DNA of 64,000 bases from assembly GCF_004010195.1 (NCBI RefSeq), contig NC_057749.1:8449423-8513422 (forward strand). Direction: 5' to 3'. The position numbers and the translations under genes are program-made. The notes beneath the pieces were generated by a model. That model made no database searches. It worked only from the letters and a program-made list of their open reading frames with translations, and had not been told where the DNA came from. Positions 1-13,689 of the stretch are shown here, piece by piece. Position 1 is the stretch's first letter, and each line of letters begins with the position of its first letter. Source of the stretch: Chiloscyllium plagiosum (lineage: Eukaryota).

Positions 1-15
1 TGTCTTTCAGTTGGA

Positions 16-835
16 GTCATAGAGATGTACAGCATGGAAACAGACCCTTCGGTCCAACCAGATCTCCCAACCCAATCTAGTCCCACCTCCCAGCACCCAG
101 CCCATATCCCTCCAAACCTTTCCTATTCAGAAACTCATCCGATGCCTTTTAAATGTTGTAATTGTACCAGCCTCCACCACATCCTCTGGCATATACACGC
201 CACCCTCTGTGTAAAAAAGTTGCCCCTTAGGTCCCTTTTAAATTTTTCCCCCTCACTCCAAACCTATGCCCTCTAGTTCTGGACTCCCCCAGCCCAGGGA
301 AAAGACTTTGCCTATTTACCCTATCCATGCCCCTCATGATTTTATAAACCTCTATAAGGTCACCCCTCAGCCTCCAACAGTCCAGGGAAAACAGCTCCAG
401 ACTATTCACTCTCTCCCTATAGCTCAAATCCTTCAACCTGGCAACATCCTTGTAAATCTTTTCTGAACCCTTGCAAGTTTCACAACATGCTTCTGATAAG
501 AAGGAGACCAGAATTGTACACAATATTCCAAAAGCAGCCAAACCACAGTCCTGTACAGCCACAACATGACCTTCCAACTCCTATACTCAATACTCTGACC
601 AATAAAGGAAAGTATATCAAACGCCTTCTTCACTATCCTATCTAGCTGCAACTCCATTTCAAGGAACTATGAAAACTGCACACCAAGATCTCTTTGTTAA
701 GCAACACTCCCCAGGCTCTTAGAATTGAATGTGTAAGTCCTGCTCTGATTTGTTTTCCCAAAATGCAGCACCTCACATTTATCTATATTAAACATCACCT
801 GCCACTCCTTAGCCCATTAGCTCATCTGATCAAGA
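16..835 (-). mobile_element. CR1 LINE 3' fragment (RT C-terminus + 3'UTR)
   Basis: [10 protein letters not shown] and RLRGDLIEVYKIMRG motifs, with a CTCTATGACT tail. Confidence 0.92.
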
Positions 836-1465
836 GTTTTCTGATTCAGTATGTGGATGTACCTACGAGAGAAGGTACAAAACTTGACCTACTCTTGGGA
901 AATAAGGCAGGACAGGTGACTAAGGTGTCGGGGTGGAGGGGAAGCACGTTGGGGCCAGAGACCATAATTCTATTAGATTTAAAATAATGATGGAAAAGGA
1001 TAGACCAGAGCGAGAAGTTGAAGTTCTAAATTGGAGAAAGGCCAAATTTTTTTGGTATTAGGTAAGAACTTTCGAAAGCTGATTGGGGGCAGATGTTCGC
1101 AGGTAAAGGGACAACTGGAAAATGGGAAGCCTTCAGAAATGAGGGCAGAGCAGTAGGTGTGATCTATTAGGATTTCAGTAAGGCGTTTGACAAGGTTCCC
1201 CATGGGAGACTTATTAGCAAGGTTAGATCTCACAGAATACAGGGAGAACTAACCATTTGGATACAGAACTGGCTCAAAGGTAGAAGGCAGAGGGTGGTGG
1301 TGGAGGGTTGTTTTTCAGAATCCAGAGAAAGTATATTCCTGTCAGGGTGAAAGGAAAGGCTGGTAGGTATAGGGAATACTGGATGACTAAAGAAATTGAG
1401 GGTTTGGTTAAGAAAAAGAAGGAAGCATATGTCAGGTATAGACAGGATAGATCGAGTGAATCGTA
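836..1465 (+). mobile_element. Rearranged internal CR1 fragments
   Basis: QYVDVPTREGTKLDLLLGN segment. An RT piece ([14 protein letters not shown]) is spliced into the linker region. Confidence 0.8.
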
Positions 1466-2620
1466 AGGCCTTGATAAGGTTCCAAATGGTCGGCCGCTCT
1501 GGAAGGTAAGATTTCATGGACTCCAATTTAAACTAGCAAATTGGCGACACAGTTGGCTTGACGTTATGAAGCAAATGGCTATGGTGGAAGTATGCTTGTC
1601 GGACTGGAGGCCTGTGACTGGTGGAGTGCCTCAGTGATCGGTTCTGGGCCCATTCCTGTTTGTTATCTATATCAATGATTTGGACCAGAGTGCACAAAGC
1701 AATGTTAGTAAGTTGCAGATGACACTAAATTAGGAGATATCATTTACAGTGAGGAACATTATCAGAAATTGCAGCAGTACCCTGATCAGCTGGGGAAGTG
1801 GGCTGAGAAATGGCAAATGGAGATACGTGTCTTGCATTTAGGAAAGTCAAATCCAGGTAGCAATTTAATGACGAATGATAGTGCCTTAAGGCGTGCAGTG
1901 CAACAAAAGGACGTTGGAGATCAACTGCACGGTTATCTGAAATTTGAGTCACGATACACAGGACAGTGAAGAAGGCTGTTGGTACATTGGCCTTCATCAG
2001 CACATTGAGTATAGACGTTGGGACATTATGGTGCAGTTGCACAGGATGTCGGTAAGGCTGTATTGGGGTATTGTGTTCAGTTTTGTTCAGCTTGCTCTAG
2101 AAAGGATATTATTGAACAAGAAAGTACGCAGAACAAATTTCCAAAGATGTTCCCTGGGCTAAAGGCTCTAAGTTATAGGCAGAGGTTGGACAGGTTAGAA
2201 CTTATTTCTTTACAATGCAGGAAACCGAGGAGGGTTCTTATATAAGTGTAGCCCTTATAAAATCATGAGAGGTGTGCATGGGGTGAATACTTCAAAATTT
2301 GTTCCCAAGGTTGTGGAATCGAGGCCTAGAGGATATGCATTAATGTTTGGAAAGGATAAAAAATATAAAAAAGGAAACTGAGGGGCAACGTTTTTACACA
2401 GAGTGTGGTACGCATATGGACGGAGCTGCCAGTGGAAGTGATTGAGGTGGGGAACAATAACAACATTGAAAAGGCATTTGGACAAATACACAGGTAGGAA
2501 AGAATTAGAGGGATACAGAACAAGGCCAGGGAAATGGGGTGAGTCTGGATCGACATTTTGGTTGCCATAGACCAGCTGGGCTAAATGGCCAGTCATACAG
2601 GCAGTCTCGTGCAATATGAC
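1466..2620 (+). mobile_element. Older degenerate CR1 LINE (RT to 3' end)
   Basis: Frameshifted WRPVT-GVP, ADDTK and EKWQME motifs plus a typical 3'UTR. Confidence 0.85.
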
Positions 2621-2828
2621 TGTAAATGAGTGTGTTTTGGGGTGAAGACAGGGTGGGGTAGACTGAGAAAAAATGTCATGGAAGGATATGTTCACAGGTT
2701 CAGAATGCTGAAATGAAGACATTTCGATAGTATCATGCAACACGTGCCAGTATTTCGAAGAATTATAAGTGAAAGGGATATTGCTGTGCTTTCAGGCGAT
2801 GGAGAGTTTTGGATGAGCATTTGTTCGG

Positions 2829-2901
2829 CAGCTTTGTAACTGGGAGTGAGGACAGCAGAGTCTTCAGCTTTGTAACTGGGAGTGAGGACAGCAGAGTCTT
2901 C
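2829..2901. repeat. Perfect 36-bp tandem duplication
   Basis: cagctttgtaactgggagtgaggacagcagagtctt occurs twice in tandem. Confidence 0.95.
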
Positions 2902-3229
2902 GCCTCACTGGGCTGAACCTAACAAAAACTGTCTCAGTGACATTTTCATTGAGTGTGACAGAGGGGTTGTTTGCACGAGGCCGAGCTAGTTTCCTGGTGC
3001 TATCTTACCAAACTCATCTCATTAACTACACATCCCACTCCATGGTGTCCCTCTCATACAATGCCAGCCCGATTCTTCCACCCATCATGACTGGAGGTAC
3101 TCACAATCGCCCGGATGCCCCTGGATATTCCATAATCCCTGACACTGGTGCCATCTTTAAAAGATCAATGGGCACACGGTTGCATTTTCTCAGTTTGGAG
3201 CTGCCCTGGACATTTTCCCCAAGCATTGC

Positions 3230-3450
3230 AATGAAGGGGAAATTACACTACGGTTTGTCGACAGCAGCACGGAGGTCCTGGTGGATGCGCTAGTACAAAA
3301 GGGGACCATTCTCTTCCCAGAGGGGGCCACACTACCAGATCCACCGAGCATGGACTGAGCTCACCATCCAGCTCCGTGCAGTTTCTGGGGTCGGAAGGAA
3401 TGTCCAGCAAAACAGGACATGCATCACTAAGCTTCCCGACTCTGTCAGGA
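3230..3450 (+). mobile_element. Degenerate PIF/Harbinger Myb/SANT-like ORF
   Basis: Reads LRFVDSSTEVLVDALVQKGTILFP and, after a frameshift, QIHRAWTELTIQLRAVSGVGRNVQQ. This fits the Myb_DNA-bind_5 pattern (RF...E.LV..V......LF / AW..I...V.AVS...R...Q). Confidence 0.6.
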
Positions 3451-4270
3451 TAATGGTCACCATATTTCCTCTGCTCCCTAACACTCACTGTATATCTGTT
3501 ATAGCACCGACCCCCGAACAAGGATCATGCTCCATCACTCTCACTATTGCAGGGAGCACCTTCCCTCTCTTTCTCTCTTGCCTTTCTAATGCCCTCCACA
3601 TAGTTAGAGAATATTCTGCAGAATGTCAGTTATGGAATGTTCCAGGTATTGTTCCAACTTATTCCCAGTTTCAGGAAAACGGCTGTGCCCCAGTGTGGAA
3701 CACGTAAGAGAATGGAGTAGAGATGTACCTTTTTCAAATCACACACAATTAAAATCCATCATGAGGCCATTCAGTACTTCAAATATGCTCCAACGTTCAA
3801 TACGTTTGGGGGTGATCTGATGGTTTTCTCAGCTCCATGTTACAGGAATTTCCAGTCATTCAACCCCCAGGTTCCTGTTCCCGAGCAGACGATTCTCAGA
3901 TACTTCATACCACGGGTTTCTTCTAGCATGTGTTCAGAAGGCATTTCTCATGGACCCGGACTCTCCTTATAATATATTTAATCTGATTTATAAATTCATG
4001 CAACAATCAGCATGCTTTCCACAGACCATTCAAAAACATGCACTTATTTTATGGTTATCGATATCTAATCATAATTAGTAATTCTGGTTATTTCACTTGT
4101 CTCACCTTATTGTATTCAGTCAAAGGCAGCTTCGAAACACTTGCCTCATTATAAAATATAATTTCTAGCAGATAACATGTTTAACTCGAATCCATCTTTT
4201 CCCTTGTCATTAAAATTTCTCTTGCCCTTTTTTGTGACTGATACTGTGTACAATATTACACAGTCTCCCA

Positions 4271-4460
4271 CTCAGTTGGCTGGATGGTTGGTTTGTGATG
4301 CAGAGGAAGGCCACCAGCGCAGGTTCAATTCCCCACACTGACTGAGGTTACCATGAAGGGGATGCTCTCTCAACTTCACCCCATCACCCGTGTGGTGACC
4401 TTCAACGTAAACCACCATGAGAGTTATTTGGTCTCTCTGATGAGAGTTATTTGGGACTCT
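4271..4460 (+). mobile_element. Old tRNA-like SINE (related copy at ~12354-12535)
   Basis: The two copies share ggctggtttgtgatgcaga..ggttcaattcc..ctgaggttaccatga..gtgacc..ggttaaac, and a B-box-like motif is present. Confidence 0.6.
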
Positions 4461-4489
4461 AACCTATCAATGTTAGCATTTTAATTTTT

Positions 4490-4985
4490 TGACAAATTTT
4501 TTAATTGAATTAGATATTTTATTATTATATTAAACCAATAACAAAACAACTGAACAGAATAACTGAACAGAATTACACCCATGTGCATGTATATACAAAA
4601 TAAGTTTATGTCTCTAAACGGACAGAAGAAAAACAAAAATAAATAATAAATAATAAAAAAATAATACGGCTCAGCATAACAAAGTGATAGTTCTCGTTCT
4701 TCGAGAGCATGAACTGATACACATTCATACGTTCATAATTCTTCATATGTGATTCATTAGACAATATCGATTGGGCTATATAAAAGCCCTTTTTAGAGTG
4801 GCAGATAAGCATGTATCGCGGTAATCCAAAAAGGGTTGTCATATCTTCTATGAATCTCTGCTTTTCGGTGCACCATACTGGTGAGAATGTCCAAAGGGAT
4901 ATTCTCCATGACGAGCTTACAACCACCCAACAGACCCGGAGTTTTTCAGACATCCAACATAAAAGAATATTTTTACTAGCACAGG
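4490..4985 (-). mobile_element. L1-clade LINE 3' fragment
   Basis: The minus strand encodes CASKNILLCWMSE..VMENIPLDILTSMVH, resembling fish-type L1 ORF2 C-termini, followed by an AT-rich 3'UTR. Confidence 0.6.
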
Positions 4986-6675
4986 AAGTATGGGGGAGAT
5001 ACTAAAGGAGTATTGTGCATCAGTATTTACTGTGGAAAAGGATATGGAAGATATAGACTGTAGGGAAATAGATGGTGACATCTTGCAAAATGTCCAGATT
5101 ACAGAGGAGGAAGTGCTGGAAGTCTTGAAACAGGTAAAGGTGAATAAATCCCCAGGACCTGATCAGGTGTACCCGAGAAATTTGAGGGAAGCTAGAGAAG
5201 TGATTACTGGGCGTCTGGCTGAGATATCTGTATCATCGACAGTCACATGTGAGGTGCCAGAAGACTGGAGGTTGGCAAACATGGTGCCACTGTTTAAGAA
5301 GGGTGGTAAGGACAAGCCAGGGAACTATAGATCAGTGAGCCTGACGTCAGTGGTGGGCAAGTTGTTGGAGGGAATCCTGAGGGACAGGATGTACATGTAT
5401 TTGGAAAGGCAAGGACTGATTAGGGATAGTCAACATGGCTTTGTGCGTGGGAAATAATGTCTCACAAACTTGACTGAGTTTTTTGAGGAAGTAACAAAGA
5501 GTATTGATGAGGGCAGAATGGTAGATGTGATCTATATGGACTTCAGTAAGGCGTTCGACAAGGTTCCCCATGGGAGATGATTAGTAAGGTTAGATCTCAC
5601 GGAATACAAGGAGAACTAGCCATTTGGATACAGAACTGGCTCAAAAGTAGAAGACGGAGGGTGGTGGTGGAGGGTTACTTTTCAGACTGGAGGCCTGTGA
5701 CCAGTGGTGTGCCACAAGGATCGGTGCTAGGTCCCCTACTTTTTGTCATTTACATAAATGATTTGGATGAGAGCATAAGAGGTACAGTTAGTAAATTTGC
5801 GGATGACACCAAAATTGGAGGTGTAGTGAGAGGGTTACCTCAGATTACAACAGGATCTTGACCAGATGGCCAATGGGAGAAGTGGCAGATGGAGTTTAAT
5901 TCAGATGGATGCGAGGTGCTGCATTTTGGGAAAGCAAATCTTAGCAGGACTTACACACTTAATGGTAAGGTCCTAGGGAGGCTCAACAAAGAGACCTTGG
6001 AGTGCAGATTCATAGCTCCTTGAAACTGAATCGCAGGTAAATAGGATAGTGATGAGGGCGTTTGGTATGCTTTCCTTTATTGTTCAGAGTATTGAGTACA
6101 GGAGTTGGGAGGTCATGTTGTGGCTGTACAGGACATTGATTAGGCCACTGTTGGAATATTGCGTGCAATTCTGGTCTCCTTCCTATTGGAAAGATGTTGT
6201 GAAACTTGAAAGGGTTCAGAAAAGATTTACAAGGATGTTGCCAGGGTTGGGGGATTTGAGCTATAGGGAGGGGCTGTTTTCTTTGGAGCGTCGGAGGCTG
6301 AGAGGTGACCTCATAGAGGTTTACAAAATTGTTAGGGGCATTGATAGGGTAAATAGGCAAAGTCTTTTCCCTGGGGTCGGGGAGTCCAGGACTAGAGGTC
6401 ATAGGTTTAAGATGAGAGGGGAAAGAGACCTACGGGGCAACCTTTTCACACAGAGGGTGGTACGTGTATGGAATGAGCTGCCAGAGGAAGTGGTGGAGGC
6501 TGGTACAATTGCAACATTTAAGAGGCATTTGGATGGGTATATGAATAGGAAGGGTTTGGAGGGATATGGGCCAGGTGCTGGAAGGTGGGACTAGATTGGG
6601 TTGGGATATCTGGTCAGCATGGACAGGTTGTACCGAAGGGTCTGTTTCCATGCTGTACATCTCTATGACTCTATG
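4986..6675 (+). mobile_element. Relatively young 5'-truncated CR1 LINE (HER1-like)
   Basis: [43 protein letters not shown] and [10 protein letters not shown] motifs with few stops, and a CTCTATGACTCTATGA tail. Confidence 0.96.
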
Positions 6676-6715
6676 ATTAACAAATTCGTCTCTATCTAAA
6701 CCCTTAACACTATGT

Positions 6716-7024
6716 CAGATTAGATTACATTACAGTGTGGAAACAGGCCCTTCGGCCCAACAAGTCCACATCGACCTGCCGAAGCGTAACCCACCCATAC
6801 CCCTACGTTTACCCCTTACCTAACACTACGGGCAATTTAGCATGGCCAATTCACCTGACCTGCACATCTTTGGACTGTGGGAGGAAACCGGAGCACCCGG
6901 AGGAAACCCATGCAGACACGGGGAGAACGTGCAAACTCCACACAGTCAGTCACCTGAGGCAGGAATTGAACCCGGGTCTCTGGCGCTGTGAGGCAGCAGT
7001 GCTAACCACTGTGCCACCGTGCCA
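6716..7024 (-). mobile_element. HE1-type tRNA-derived SINE
   Basis: tRNA head GGTGGCACAGTGGTTAGCAC...GGGTTCAATTCC, V-SINE-like core, (TAATC)n tail and an atgtcag direct repeat at both ends. Confidence 0.9.
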
Positions 7025-8370
7025 TGTCAGTCCCAATCTATGTTTGGAAAGTTAAAATCCCCTACCATAACCACCCTATTATTCTTACAGATAACTGAAA
7101 TCTACCTAAAACTTTGTTTTTCAATCTCCTGCTGACTATTAGGGGATCTATAATATAATCCCAGTAAGATGATCATCCCTTTCTTATTTCTCAGTTCCAC
7201 CCAAATAACATCCCTGCATGTATTTCTGGGAATATCCTCCCTCAGTGTAGCTATAATGCTATCCCTTATCATAAACATCACTTCCCCTCCTCTCTTGCCT
7301 CCCTTTCTGTCCTTCCTGTACCATTTATATCCTGGAACATTAAGCTGCCAGTCCTGTCCATCCCTGAGCCACGTTTATGGAATTGCTGTGATATCCCAGT
7401 CCCATGTTCCTAACCATGCCCTGAGTTCATCGGCTTTCCCTCTAGGCCTCATGCATTGAAATAATGCAGTTTAATTTATCAGTCCTACCTTGTTCTCTGC
7501 TTTGTTCCTGCCTGCCCTGACTGTTTGACTCGCTCCTTTTCCCAACTGTACCCGTCTCAGATTGATCTCTTTCCTCACTGTATCCTGGGTCCCTCCTCCC
7601 CCCACCTTACTAGTTTAAATCCTCCCGAGCAGCTCCAGCAAATGTCCCTGCCAGTATATTAGTCCCCTTCCAATTTAGGTGCAATCCGTCCTTCTTGTAC
7701 AGGTCACTTCCACCCCAAAAGAGATTCCAATGATCCACAAATGTGAATCCCTCTCCCATGCACCAGCTCCTCAGCCATGCATTCATCTATTCTATCCTCC
7801 TGTTCCTGCCCTCACTAGCTCATAGCACCGGGAGTAATCCAGATATTACTATCCTCGAGGATGTCCTTTTTAAATTCCTGCCTGACTTTCTATATTCTCT
7901 CTTCAGAATCTCATCCGTTTCCCTTCCTATGTCATAGTTCCAATATGTACAATGACCCCCTGCTGGGCCCTCTCCCCTTTGAGAACATTCTGCACACTCC
8001 GAGATATCCTTGATCCTGGCACCAGGGAGGCAACACACAATTCTGATTTTTCGCTGCTGGCCGCAGAAATGTTTGTCTGTGCCTCTGACTAGAGAGTCCC
8101 CTATCACAATTGATCACTTGGAACCCAACGTACCCCTCAATACATTTGAGCCAGTTTCGATAAAGCCCTCAGCCATGTCTTTCTTCCCCATTACTATTTC
8201 TCCAGCCTCATTTTCTTCTCTTGCCTCTCTCTTACCTTTTACATATCTAAACATTTTTGGAATCTCCTTTTCTATTCGTGGCGAGCTTACCCTCATATTT
8301 CATTTTATCCTTCCTTAATGCTTTTTTAGTTCTCCTCAGCTGATTTTTAAAGATTTCTCAATCCTCTGGC
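7025..8370 (-). mobile_element. CR1 5' region (ORF1 esterase-like domain and start of ORF2) plus a further fragment
   Basis: IGDSLVRGTD...CCLPGARIKDI is the SGNH/esterase-like motif typical of CR1 ORF1. Confidence 0.85.
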
Positions 8371-8619
8371 AAGCTAAGGAAAGTTCCTCTTCTGTAGATG
8401 CACTACAGTGTTGTATTCTACACCAATAATCACCAGATAGGCCCAAGCTGAAACAAAGACGATGGAGGACCAGGGTAGTGCATACAACCCTTACCCAATA
8501 CCACATACTGTTGGAGATAGCAAATCTCACTAAGTTCCAACAGTCGTCATGTGGGAAAGATACCATAATACCAAATTAAGCCATCCAGATAAGAGCAGGA
8601 GTGGACCATTCAAACCCTT

Positions 8620-9737
8620 CTATTTTGGTGGGCCAAACCAAGGCAGGACTTACCCAGTCAATGGTAGGGTCCAGGAGAATCATACAGCACAGAAACAGAC
8701 CCTTCGGTTTGTTTCAAACCAGTCCATGTTGAACATAATCCCAAACTAAACTAGTCCCGCCTGCCTGCACCTGGCCCATATCCCTCCAAACCTTTCCTAT
8801 TCATGGACTTATCCAAATGTCTTTTAAACATGGTAACTGTATCTGCATCCAGCACTTCCTCAGGAAGCTCATTCTAAATGCAAACCACCATCTGTGTAAA
8901 AGAATTGCCCCTCATCTGTTTTTTTAAAGCATTCTCCTCTCAACTTAATCTTGAAAGCCCCCATCGTAGGGGAAAAACACTCACCATTAACCCTATTTAT
9001 ACACCTCATGATTTTATAAATCTCTATGGGTCAACATAGAACAAAGAGATTTAGGGGTACAGGTTCATAACTCCTTGAAAGTGGAGTCACTGGTAGACAG
9101 GGCAGTGAAGGCGGCTTTTGGCATGCTTGCTTTCTTCAGTCAGAGCATTGAGTACAGGCGTTGGGACGTCTTGTTACAGATATACAAGACATTGTTCAGA
9201 CCACCTTTGGAGTACTGCATGCAGTTCTGGTCACTTTACCACAGGAAGCATATTATTAAACCAGAAAGAGTACAGAAAAGATTAACTAGGATGCTGCCTG
9301 GAGTGGAAGGTTTGAGTTATAAAGAGAGGCTGGACAGGTTGGGACGTCTTTCCCTGGAGTGTAGGAGATTGCGGGATGACTTCATATAGGTTGATAAAAT
9401 CAAAACAGGCATAGATAAAGTGGATTTTCCCCAGGGTAGGGGAGTCTAAAACTAGAGGGCATAGGTTTAAAGTGAGAGGGTAAAAATCCAAAAGGATCCA
9501 GACGGGCAACTTTTTCCACACAAAGGGTGGTGGAGGTCTGGAATGGGCTGCCAGAGGAAGTGGTGGAGGCGAGTACAATTTTCTCATTTAAGAAACATTT
9601 AGACAGGTACATGGATGGGATTGGTATGGGGGATATGGACCAAATGCAGGCAAATGAGACTAGATTAATTGTGAAAACTAGGCAGCATGGACAACTTAGC
9701 CTGAAGGGCCTGTTTTCATATTGTAAAGCTCTATGAC
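8620..9737 (+). mobile_element. CR1 3' fragment interrupted by a minus-strand CR1 3' end (~8675-9025)
   Basis: LEYCMQFWSL and WNGLPEEVVEA motifs, with a nested opposite-strand 3'UTR. Confidence 0.88.
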
Positions 9738-9869
9738 TGTCTGATCTGTTCTCCCATTCAATCTCATATTGTTTCTGTAAGAAAAATCTCTAGATAATAG
9801 CTCCTATACCTATGCTTTGTGTTTTGCTGTCTAACTTGTTATTTCTACCAACTGGGGTGCCAATTTCCG

Positions 9870-10550
9870 ATGTTGTAACAGTCATGCCACACAAGTGCCA
9901 GGCAATGATCATCTCCACCAAAGTATTTCCCTTTGGACGATCAAAAGTATTACTTTTGTTGAAACTCCTTACAGCAACATCTTGAGGGATTGCCTTTGAC
10001 CAGAAACTGAACTGGACTAGCCATGTACAAAAGCAGGTCAGAGGCTGGAAATTTTGCAGCAAATAACTCACGTCCTGACTCCACCACCTCCAAGGCATAA
10101 GGCCAGAATATGATGGAACGTTCCCCACTTTGCAGGGTGGGTACACCAACACTGAAGAATCTCAAAACCATCAAGGTGCCAAGGACACTGATTGGCACCT
10201 CAGGCATCAGTGTAAACATTCATGCCATCCATCGCTGGCAACTGTGTGTACCAGCTACAAGATACAATACTACAACTCACCAAGGCTCCTTCAACCATGC
10301 CTTTCAAAACTACAACCTCTACCATTTAGAAGGGCAGAGGCAGCAGATACATGGGAAATGCCATTACCTGCAGGTTCCCCTCCAAGCCACTCACATCACG
10401 GTTCCTTCACTGTCACTGGGTCAAAATCCTGGAATTTCTTTCCTAACAGCACTGTATGTGTATCTACACCCAAAACACTGCAACAGACCAAGAAGATTAT
10501 CATCACTGCCTTCTCCAGGGGCAATGAGGGACGGGGATTAAATGCTGGGA
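9870..10550 (+). mobile_element. Degenerate CR1/L2-group LINE 3' fragment (second family; related pieces at ~13390-13615, 40570-40770, 54960-55670)
   Basis: Shared motifs ccttcactgtcactgggtcaaaatcctggaa and agggatgggcaataaatg occur in several copies. Confidence 0.65.
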
Positions 10551-10926
10551 TGCAAATTAATGTAGCATTATGATGGGGCGTCCCTCATTATAATTACTGT
10601 GTCCCTGCCCCAAATTGTAAGGTTCTCTCACAAGAAAGGTAGAAGTGATAGAGGTTCGGCAAAAACTGTGTGAGGCAGCTTAGTATAACATGTACGACAA
10701 GAGGAACAGGTAAGTGAGAGCATTGTGCAGGATTGGTCAGGGCTTCATCGCCAAGGTCAAAGCGAGTGACGAACATGTAAATAGGGGGCAGACCGGTCTC
10801 TTTGTTATTAGATGAGAGGATGATGACTTAAAGTGATTTACGAACGAAGCAAAAACAGAACTAAAAAGAAACATCTTCATGGAGCAAAGGGTTAGGAGCT
10901 GGAATACACTGCCTCAGCGTGTAGTT

Positions 10927-11135
10927 GTGATGTGGAGGTGCCAGTGTTGGACTGGGGTGGATAAACCCAGAAGTCTCAAAAAACACCAGGTTATAGTCCA
11001 ACAGGCTTATTTGAAATCACAAGCTTTCAGAGCACTGCCCCCTCATCAGGTGAACTGGAACAGCACTCTGAAAGGTTGTGATTTCAAATAAACCTGTTGG
11101 ACTATAACCTGGGTGTCATGTGACTTCTGACTTTG
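10927..11135. mobile_element. Penelope-type short inverted element with a minimal hammerhead on the - strand
   Basis: Inverted arms of ~70 bp. The minus strand reads tcac-CTGATGA-GGGGGCAGTGCTCT-GAAA-GCTT-gtga. Flanked by a gtgtagt direct repeat inside an older CR1 3' end. Confidence 0.75.
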
Positions 11136-11798
11136 AGAGTGTAGTGGAGGGAAATACAAACATGGTTTTCAAAAGAAGTTTGGACCATTATTCAAATGAA
11201 GCCAAAATGTGTTGAACAACAGGGGAGCAGCACTCGGTGTATCGATCTTGTAGAGAGCCAGTACAGAGATGTTGGGCCAAATGGCCTCCTATTGTGATGT
11301 AACCTTTTTATGTTCCATTCGAGAGGTTTGTGGATCCATTACTCCGCTAAGGGATGTTTGTGCTCGGCATCTCAATTATTTTCAGTTTGGACAAAGATTA
11401 AATGTCATTAACTTCGTTTCTCTCACCACAGATGCTGCCCCGACCTGCTGAGTGCTTCCAGAATTTTGTATATTTTATTCATAGTCTTATTAATTACTTT
11501 TGCTGAATAAATGAGTGGCTTGAAATCGCAATGTGATATCAGTATTGAATGGATTAATGTACTTGTACAAAATTTGTTTGACTACTATTTCAACTCATGG
11601 TAGTTAACATCATCATTCAAAGGGCAATAAAGATTAACAATACCGTATTACCAGTAATATTACTACTATTATTAGAGGAGTTCCTCCAGTCCCACTAGGA
11701 ACAATGGACAACTGGACTCAGCCATCAATCGGTTTCACTGCAGCGAACATTTTTAAATGCACGGTGCCAATTCTTTTTTGACCAGTCCTGCTGTCATA

Positions 11799-11811
11799 TG
11801 CCATCTAGTGG
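11799..11811 (-). promoter_or_regulatory. CTCF-like motif CCACTAGATGGCA
   Basis: Close match to the CTCF core consensus in non-repeat sequence. Motif match only. Confidence 0.45.
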
Positions 11812-12049
11812 TGCCCACTATGGCTGGGCCTAAGTCCAAGAGTTGAACAATGTGTCTTGCCCACCATCAATCATCTCTCCATCCAGAGGCACACTTCCCC
11901 GTTGCTGATGTTGTCTCTCCACATGTCACCCAGTATCAGACAAAAGTAACACAGATGAAAGACGTCCAACTCACGGGCTACCTTTGCTGTTCTCTTCAAT
12001 AGATGTCTCACTGGCACAGATTGTGGTTTGTACTACATTGGATGATAGC

Positions 12050-12274
12050 GGAGAGTGTGATGCTGGAAAAGTACAGCAGGTCAGGCAGCTGGAGAGGAGC
12101 AGGAGAATCTATGCTTCAGGCAAAAGCCCTTCATCCGGAATGGGGGGGTTGGGGGCTGATTCCTAATGAAGGGCTTATGCCTGAAACGTTGATTCTCCTG
12201 CTCCTCAGATGCTGCCTTTTCCAGCACCCACTCTCTCGACTCAAAACTCCAGCAGCTACAGTCCTCACTTTCAC
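12050..12274. mobile_element. Penelope-derived mini-element, inverted dimer, 17-bp TSD
   Basis: TSD ctacattggatgatagc at 12033-12049 and 12275-12291. Two opposed degenerate hammerhead motifs. Confidence 0.8.
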
Positions 12275-13689
12275 CTACATTGGATGATAGCTGTGTTCAT
12301 GGTGTCGGATGCTCACACATTGCGGGGTCACTAGAAGATTATGTGGAGTCATAACTGGCTGGTTTGTGATGCAGAAAGACACCATAGCATGGGGTCAATT
12401 CCAGCCTCCACTGAGGCTACCATGACGGACTCTTCTTCTCAATTTCTCTCCTTGCCTGAGGCACGGTGACCCGCAGGTTAAACTACCATCTCTAATAAGG
12501 GAGCAATCCTGAGGTCTGGTAGGACTGTGGCAACGTCCGACATATTTGGAGCACAAACTATTGAAGTACAAAAATAATTGGCACTGTCCATGCTAAAGTA
12601 CTAAGGAGTGGATGTAGCAGCTGGCAGAAAGGGCAATTTTGACCATTCTTTTACACTTCTAAATCTGATGCATCTTTATGAGAACAGACAGTGTGCAAGA
12701 AGTCAGCATAATTTCAATCAGAAGGTTTTATAAAACTCTTCTTATTAAAGTGCAGAAAAGCTCGATCTGCTCGAAACACTAGAGGGCAAGAGTGCTGCAT
12801 TTTTCACTCTGATACAAAGGATAAATGGTTCACGACATGATTTGTTTGACAAAGTCTTGTTGTGAGTTATTGCTCTGCTTCTTAAAGGTAAATTGCCAAA
12901 CACAGTCTCGCAGAGAATTCATTTCTCTCAGTTGTATTTTTCAAATGCTCTTCTCTTTCAATTCAAAAACAATATCAAGTCAAGAAAAAGAGATGTACCA
13001 TTTGACAGCACATGCAATGGTATAATGGAGAAACTCCAAGGCAGTGTTTGAGACCTGACTGAAACGTAAGGGCATGGATAGACAGCCACTTTGCTCAGTG
13101 ACACTGTCTGCACATTTCCAAATATATCGTAACAATTAGAAATCCCTATTATGGGTAAGACAGGAACATTCTTCATTATAACCAAACCATTTAATGAAGA
13201 CAGAAAAAAAACGGAGCATTCAAGAGGAGAAACTAGGACTGGCACAACTTATAATTACATGCTACTGCACACCTGGGTACTAATTTTATTTAAAGGCAAG
13301 TTAATGACATTGTAAAAATAGCTCACAGGAATTTGGCACAATAGCAGATATTCCATATGGTAAATAAGTGATCATTTGATGGTACCTCCCAAACCCACTA
13401 TCTGTACCACCTCATACATGGGCAGCAAGTGCATGGGAGCACCACTACTTTCTAAGTCATGCATCATTCAGTTTGGTCACCCGTCAGCTGCTCTTCGTAG
13501 TTATTGGACCAAACTCCTGGGACTTTCTACTCAACATCACCACTAAGACTGTCAGAGTGATTCAAGAATGTGGCTCAAACACACCTTCTCAAGGGGAAAC
13601 TAGGGATGGGCATTAGAAATTAGATAAGTTAGAATTCGATAAAATCTCAAGCAAGCATGGGATAGTGGCCACTCATTTACAGGGGTAAG

